IMG/VR virus record: IMGVR_UViG_3300045988_029530
Location: 1-43,428 of that record
DNA length: 43,428 bases
DNA from: a virus
Direction: 5' to 3' (one strand)
Below, one piece after another: positions 39,041-43,428 of this stretch. A program made the position numbers and the translations under genes. The first letter of the stretch is position 1; every line of letters begins with the position of its first letter. The notes beneath the pieces were generated by a model, which did no database searches, was not told the DNA's origin, and was given only the letters and a program-made list of their open reading frames with translations.

Positions 39041-41554
39041 TCAGCTCACATAGAGGTAAAACGTCCGTGTGATTGCCGAGAGCATCGTCACCGTCACAAC
39101 TCCGGCCGAGGTCACGGTCAGTCTCGCGCGATAATAGTCCCCCGCTGCCGCAATGTAGATGTTCCATGTATCCGCCAGCAATGGGAAGCTGTAGGTCTGG
39201 TAGTAGTTTCCTCCGCTGATTGCCGATCCGATCATCACGTGCACCGTATGATACACGCTCATGTCCGCCGTACCGCTCACCGTACCGTTTTCGGTCAGCG
39301 TCTCGTTGTCCAGCAGCAGCCACCCGACACTTTTTGCCGCGCCCAGTGCCGTTCTTGCCGCATCCGCCGTCGTTGCCCCGGTACCGCCCTTGCTGATCGG
39401 CAGTGTTCCGCTCGCGTCCGATCCGGCAAGAGATACGCTCCCCTTCGTCGCCAGAGCGCCGAGGCCTAAGTTCGTCCTTGCGGCTGCTGCCGTCGCTCCA
39501 CCCGTGCCGCCCTTTGCAAGCGGCAGCGTCCCGGTCACATCCGCCCCGGATAGGGATGCGCTGCTTTTTGTCGCAAGGCTGCCTAATCCCATCGCCGACC
39601 GCGCTGCCGCCGCCGTCGTTGCACCTGTCCCGCCTTTTGCAAGCGGCAGCGTCCCGGTCACGTCCGAGGCCAGCTCTACGCTGGACTTGGTTGCCATTGT
39701 ACCTAACCCCAGATTTGTCCGCGCCTGCGTCTTTTGCGCATCCGTCAGCGTCTGCGCCGTAAATTTCAGCATCTCGTCTGCTGCCGCATCGTAATTGTAC
39801 ACGCGCTTCCAGCCGCCGCCCACGTCGCCCTGCACATACTGGATGTACAGGTTAGAGCTTTGATCTACCATCAGGATTACCGCATAGTGCTTGTTGATCT
39901 GCGACAGGTACACCAGTCCTCGCAGCGAGCTGTTGTTTGCCTTTGCCTCGTCCGGCGCGTCGGTGGATGCCCGGTTTTGGTACACCGTGTAGATACCCGG
40001 CTCCGTTATCGTGTTGATCTTATCCACCAGCGACTGCCCGCTGCCGATTTTTAATCCATACGGGTCTGCGCTTGTCCCAGAGTGCAGCGCGTTGACGTAC
40101 TTAAAGTTTAGCCCCGGCACCGTCAGCGACTGCAAAAAGCGCACCGCCGTCTGTGCCGCCGCTCCGCCGTAGGTCACATTCCCGCTCCCATCGTCCGTGC
40201 CCTTGAGCGATGCTGCGCTGATCCCGTCCAGCACAGCCTTGTTGCCGTGCGTGTGCCGCGCTGCCGTGTTTGCGCTGATGTCCTCCGTCGGGATGTCGCT
40301 TTCATCCGCCGGAGTGTACCCCAGTGCGCCGATCACCGCATCTTTTGTGATTGCCCCGCCACCTCCGCCGGAAGCTGCGGCCTGCTGCGCCCAGTATTTG
40401 GCGTTGTTGTGGTAGGTTTCATCGCTCGATCCCACCGCCGAACCTCCGCGCGTGCCTTGGCTCCATGCCTCGGCGGTCTGCGCCGCCGTCTGTGCTGCCG
40501 CTTTTTGTGCCTGCGCCGTCTGTGCCGCATTTTCCGCTGCGATTCCCTGCTGCTCCGCGCTGGCCGCCGAAAGCTGCGCACCGTTCTGCGCCGTCAGAGC
40601 CGCGTTCTCTGCCGCCTCTGCCCCTGCCTTTGCCTGTGCGGCATCTGCCGCAGCGCTCCCGGCTGTCCCCGCCGAGGTCTGTGCGGCACTTTTGGCCGCT
40701 TCTGCCGCCGCCTGTGCGCCCGCTGCGGCCGTGGCATAGTATTTCGCATTGTTGTGGTAGGTCACATCGTCCGCGCCTACGTCCTGCCCGCGCATCTGTC
40801 CGGTCGCCCAGCTCTCCGCATCATCCACATTCTGCAAAGCGCCCTGCGCGTGCTGTCCGGCTTCCAGCGCATCGGCGCTTGCCGACTGTGCAGCAGCCTC
40901 CGCCGCCGTCTTTGCCGCCTGTGCTGCTGCCGTGGCCGTCGCTGCCGCCTGTGAGGCCGTCGCCGTGATCGTCTCCTTGGCATCCTCCGTGATCTCGTCC
41001 TGAATGTCCTGCATGTTCACAAGGTCTACCCACTCCGCCGAGCCGTCCAGCGCCCACTGGATTTTCTTTCCCGCGTACTGCATCTTGGTTGCTTTGCCGT
41101 CTGCACCGTGCAGAGATGCAAGCCACTGCTCCTCCGTGCCGGTGTAGCCGTGCTTCTGCGCAATGGCGTAGGCCGACAGGTAGTACTGCTTCAGCTCCGC
41201 GCGTCCATCCGCCGGGGCCAGCACCTCCGCCACATAGTGCACATACTCCGTGTATGTCGCATTGAACATCTGCATGCTGTTCTGGTAGTTCGTGTACTCG
41301 CCGTTGGCGTAGTCGATCTGTGCCAGCACATACTGCGTGTAGAGCTTGTCGTAGGGGAAGGGTGCCGTCAGCTCTGCCGTCGGCAGGCTGCTGTCCGCTC
41401 CCAGTGCAAAAGGCTCGATATCCGCCACGGATACCAGATGAACCTCGCTTAAAACCATCCCCTCGCACTCGCTCACCCACATCAGCAGGATCTCGTCGTC
41501 AAACGCCGTCGGCTTGAGCGTCTGCACCAGCTTGATCAGCTTGTCTACTTTCAT
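39041..41554 (-). CDS. Tail fibre with an N-terminal head-tail-adaptor-like module
   Basis: GGAGAGGAG SD. The N-terminal ~135 aa are connector-like. Then SAYAIAQKHGYTGTEEQWLASLHGADG, two (D/E)(V/T)TYHNNAKY(Y/W)A modules in an Ala/Gln-rich helix, and three GTLP(L/I)(A/S)KGGTGATTAAAAR..LGLG..ATK repeats, all hallmarks of phage fibres. Confidence 0.85.
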   Translation of the reverse strand: MKVDKLIKLVQTLKPTAFDDEILLMWVSECEGMVLSEVHLVSVADIEPFALGADSSLPTAELTAPFPYDKLYTQYVLAQIDYANGEYTNYQNSMQMFNATYTEYVHYVAEVLAPADGRAELKQYYLSAYAIAQKHGYTGTEEQWLASLHGADGKATKMQYAGKKIQWALDGSAEWVDLVNMQDIQDEITEDAKETITATASQAAATATAAAQAAKTAAEAAAQSASADALEAGQHAQGALQNVDDAESWATGQMRGQDVGADDVTYHNNAKYYATAAAGAQAAAEAAKSAAQTSAGTAGSAAADAAQAKAGAEAAENAALTAQNGAQLSAASAEQQGIAAENAAQTAQAQKAAAQTAAQTAEAWSQGTRGGSAVGSSDETYHNNAKYWAQQAAASGGGGGAITKDAVIGALGYTPADESDIPTEDISANTAARHTHGNKAVLDGISAASLKGTDDGSGNVTYGGAAAQTAVRFLQSLTVPGLNFKYVNALHSGTSADPYGLKIGSGQSLVDKINTITEPGIYTVYQNRASTDAPDEAKANNSSLRGLVYLSQINKHYAVILMVDQSSNLYIQYVQGDVGGGWKRVYNYDAAADEMLKFTAQTLTDAQKTQARTNLGLGTMATKSSVELASDVTGTLPLAKGGTGATTAAAARSAMGLGSLATKSSASLSGADVTGTLPLAKGGTGGATAAAARTNLGLGALATKGSVSLAGSDASGTLPISKGGTGATTADAARTALGAAKSVGWLLLDNETLTENGTVSGTADMSVYHTVHVMIGSAISGGNYYQTYSFPLLADTWNIYIAAAGDYYRARLTVTSAGVVTVTMLSAITRTFYLYVS
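39330..39665. repeat. About 2.7 copies of a 123-nt (41-aa) in-frame repeat in the fibre gene
   Basis: gcaagcggcagcgtcccggtcac recurs 123 nt apart (near 39517 and 39640). The protein units are DVTGTLPLAKGGTGATTAAAARSAMGLGSLATKSSASLSGA and variants. Confidence 0.8.
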
Positions 41555-42098
41555 CGCTTTGCTCCTCTCCCGGTATGTCCATCTTTTTCAGCTCTGCCAG
41601 CAGCTCCAGCTTGCGCTGTGCGCTCTGCGGCTTGATCGCCTCCCGCGTCTCCCTGTCGAGGCTGATTTCCTGCCGCTCCTTCCAGCCGCAGTTATGCTGC
41701 AGGGAAAACTTCGCGCCCGCTGCCGAGGACTTTTCCAGCACCTTCCCGGCCAAAAAGTCCTCCACGCGCCCCCGCGCACGCTCCACCGTGTCGGCATACG
41801 CCTTTTTCTTCCCGTACTCCGCCCACGTCGAGCGGTGTATGCCCAAAAAGAGGCACAGTCCCGCCATGCTCGGCTTCTTGATCCACAGCTCCTCGGTCGC
41901 AGGCGTGCCGTCAGCGGCCACCGGCCGGACGAATTTCTTCTTCGGGTGTCCGAAGGCATCCAGCTCCACCGAGAATGTCCCGTCCGGCTGCTCCTGATAG
42001 GCTATTTCCGCAAGGATAAGCGGCCGCACCACGCGGATTGAATCGAAATACTTATCCACCGCCTCCGCCAGCTCCTGCGGCTTGTATCGCTTCTGCAC
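41499..42098 (-). CDS. terS: Terminase small subunit (GP3_package-like)
   Basis: GTG start with GGAGGG SD. KPSMAGLCLFLGIHRSTWAEYGKKKAYADTVERARGRVEDFLAGKVLEKSSAAGAKFSLQHNCGWKERQE matches the HTH plus conserved tail of small terminases. The 3' end overlaps the fibre gene by 56 nt. Confidence 0.8.
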   Translation of the reverse strand: MQKRYKPQELAEAVDKYFDSIRVVRPLILAEIAYQEQPDGTFSVELDAFGHPKKKFVRPVAADGTPATEELWIKKPSMAGLCLFLGIHRSTWAEYGKKKAYADTVERARGRVEDFLAGKVLEKSSAAGAKFSLQHNCGWKERQEISLDRETREAIKPQSAQRKLELLAELKKMDIPGEEQSDESRQADQAGADAQADGV

Positions 42099-42120
42099 GC
42101 ATTATCCCTCCTTTGGCTCT

Positions 42121-42153
42121 ATTTTCGCATCCCTACCCCCCGAGTTACTTCCA
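42121..42153 (-). promoter_or_regulatory. Late-control module A: TGGAAGTAACTCGGGGGGT-N8-GAAAAT
   Basis: 19-mer at 42135..42153 and GAAAAT at 42121..42126. Lies 22 nt upstream of the terS start. Confidence 0.6.
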
Positions 42154-42166
42154 CTTTCTTCGGCGG

Positions 42167-42200
42167 AAAAAATTCAAGCGCCGTCCGTGTGGGCGGCGCT
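42167..42200 (-). terminator. Intrinsic terminator after the small HTH gene
   Basis: Minus-strand read: AGCGCCGcccacacggaCGGCGCU followed by UGAAUUUUUU. Confidence 0.7.
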
Positions 42201-42201
42201 T

Positions 42202-42477
42202 TCACCATCTCTCGTAGATTTTCTTTCGCATCCTGCACAGCGTCTGGATGCTCACATAGTGCTCTGCGCTCACGCGCTGCACGTCTGTACCGTCATGCAG
42301 CAGCCAGTCCCGCAGGGCGCAGATGTACGCACGGTCGCCGCCTGCCGCATCAGCGATCAGGCGGTCAATCCGCTTTTTCTGTTTTTCCCCTGCATCGTCG
42401 TAGTTGACGAGTGCAAAGTAGATCTGCCCCTGCTTGCGGTATGGGATCCGCAGGCCGCGCTGCATCTTAAAGCCCAT
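42202..42477 (-). CDS. Small HTH protein, sigma-region-4 / RinA-ArpU-like flavour (candidate late regulator)
   Basis: GGGAGG 5 nt before ATG 42477. C-terminus DVQRVSAEHYVSIQTLCRMRKKIYERW. Same position relative to a terminator and 19-mer as gene 36131..36379. Confidence 0.55.
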   Translation of the reverse strand: MGFKMQRGLRIPYRKQGQIYFALVNYDDAGEKQKKRIDRLIADAAGGDRAYICALRDWLLHDGTDVQRVSAEHYVSIQTLCRMRKKIYERW

Positions 42478-43351
42478 GCCCGCCTCCCGCTTTCCGAGCC
42501 TCCCGCTTTTTTGGCACATAGCGTATGTACTGCACCACCTTCTCAGGATTGTACTCCGAGCGTTCCATAATTTTTGCGCCAGCCGGTGCTTTGATCTCTG
42601 GATTTCCCAGCACCTCGCGCTCCGTGATCTCCGGCATCAGCATGCCGCGGCTCACGGAGTACTTTTTCGCATCCGGCTGTCTGCGTACCTGACGCATCAG
42701 GTACACGGCTATCGGCGTGTAGTCCTGCTGTCCTCTCAGTCTTCGGATGTCCACAGAGCCGAGCTTCCACTGCTTTTGCAGCATGTCCCAGGAGATGCCC
42801 TCCGCCGCCAGCACCAGATGATGGTGGATGCGCACCACCTCTCCGGTGTCGCCGTCGATGTCCGAGGTCACCGCGATGTACTTCACGGTCTGCTGCCGCT
42901 TCACCCGCCGCAGCCAGAGATTCATCTGCTTTTCCGCCGCTGCACGCAGCTTTGCGCACGCTTCTTCCGTATTCTCGTAGGGGTCGATGCCCACATCGAC
43001 CCGTTTCGCGCACTTCTTCGCGGCTTTCCACTCTCCGATCTCTGCTTTCTGCATGCCGAGTGCCCATGCCTTTTCGTTTTCCGTCAGCCCGGCTTTTGTG
43101 CAGAGCTTTTCCATCCCCGCCGGATCGTAGTCCAGCGTGACCAGAATCCCGTTTTCGTGATCGAAGTTGCAGTTCAGGAGGCGCGCCACTCTCCGCAGTG
43201 CACTGTTGAAGTTTGCCTCCTGCTTCCGGAAGCTCGTGTTCCCCTTCTTCCGGGAGGATCGAGGGCGTGCGTTGTCGCGGACCGGGTATCTCGTCCGCTC
43301 GACCACGCCGTTTTTGCACAGATACTTTCGCTCCATGATCTTCACTCCCAT
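42467..43351 (-). CDS. Candidate HUH-type rolling-circle replication initiator (Rep-like); function tentative
   Basis: AAGGAG 8 nt before ATG 43351. VVRIHHHLVLAAEG is HUH-like and QQDYTPIAVYLMRQV offers candidate catalytic Tyr residues. It is the only replication-type candidate in the genome, and the palindrome plus AT tract lie just upstream. Confidence 0.4.
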   Translation of the reverse strand: MGVKIMERKYLCKNGVVERTRYPVRDNARPRSSRKKGNTSFRKQEANFNSALRRVARLLNCNFDHENGILVTLDYDPAGMEKLCTKAGLTENEKAWALGMQKAEIGEWKAAKKCAKRVDVGIDPYENTEEACAKLRAAAEKQMNLWLRRVKRQQTVKYIAVTSDIDGDTGEVVRIHHHLVLAAEGISWDMLQKQWKLGSVDIRRLRGQQDYTPIAVYLMRQVRRQPDAKKYSVSRGMLMPEITEREVLGNPEIKAPAGAKIMERSEYNPEKVVQYIRYVPKKREARKAGGGHGL

Positions 43352-43428
43352 CTTTTCTTCTCCTTGGTCACAAACTTAGGGCTTTACCGAGCCGCGAAGA
43401 TACGCGCGCGCGCGTATCGAAAAAAAAC
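43310..43428. repeat. Right copy of the 119-bp direct terminal repeat
   Basis: Identical to 1..119. Confidence 0.95.

Larger units (their letters stand above)
1..43428. mobile_element. Complete temperate phage genome (unit 43,309 bp plus 119-bp terminal redundancy)
   Basis: Identical 119-bp ends. Full set of integrase, repressor/Cro switch, TerS, TerL, portal, capsid, fibre and lysis genes. Gene order is continuous across the junction, and the Rep-like gene start lies inside the repeat. Confidence 0.85.

Overview
The window is one complete, visibly GC-rich temperate tailed-phage (Caudoviricetes) genome. Bases 1-119 recur exactly at 43310-43428, so the contig closes on itself with a unit length of 43,309 bp. 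Almost every gene is on the minus strand and reads as one leftward series. It starts at a Cro-like switch near 8.7 kb and runs through about 25 small early genes, including a PAPS-reductase-like / C5-cytosine methyltransferase / GNAT-like operon. Across the junction it continues with an HUH-like Rep candidate, a small sigma-region-4-like HTH gene and TerS. Next come an adaptor-fused tail fibre, XhlA-like protein and holin, fibre-like genes (a collagen remnant and a BspA-type LRR protein) and a CHAP endolysin. These are followed by a second region-4-like HTH gene, scaffold, decoration-like and major capsid genes, a 624-aa virion protein, TerL, portal and a 333-aa protein. A single 3771-aa (11.3 kb) polyvalent-type virion protein follows, then a papain-like peptidase, small genes, a self-contained moron cassette and an attP-like region. 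The plus strand carries only the lysogeny cassette and one membrane-protein gene antisense to the early operon. The cassette holds a CI-like repressor, an NYN-domain protein behind tandem promoters and a leader terminator, a membrane-anchored XRE protein and a tyrosine integrase. I recognised no tRNA, rRNA, CRISPR array, tail tube, sheath or classical tape-measure gene, so a podovirus-like virion is inferred. GGAGG-type ribosome-binding sites, SigA-type promoters, XhlA/holin and a CHAP + PG_binding_1 endolysin point to a Gram-positive, probably clostridial, host (inference). The observations most worth follow-up are listed here. (1) An SD-led +1-frame gene lies wholly inside the methyltransferase gene and encodes the MTase motif the outer frame lacks. 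(2) The giant protein has two HExxH motifs. (3) The NYN cassette has an attenuator-like leader. (4) A duplicated terminator / 19-mer / N8 / GAAAAT late-control module follows each of the two small HTH genes. (5) The Rep candidate sits next to a perfect GC palindrome and an AT tract. (6) Four GGGTCA repeats are phased at 11 bp. (7) A three-gene moron cassette has its own promoter, operator and terminator. All product calls come from motif reading by eye, with no database search, and need profile-search confirmation.
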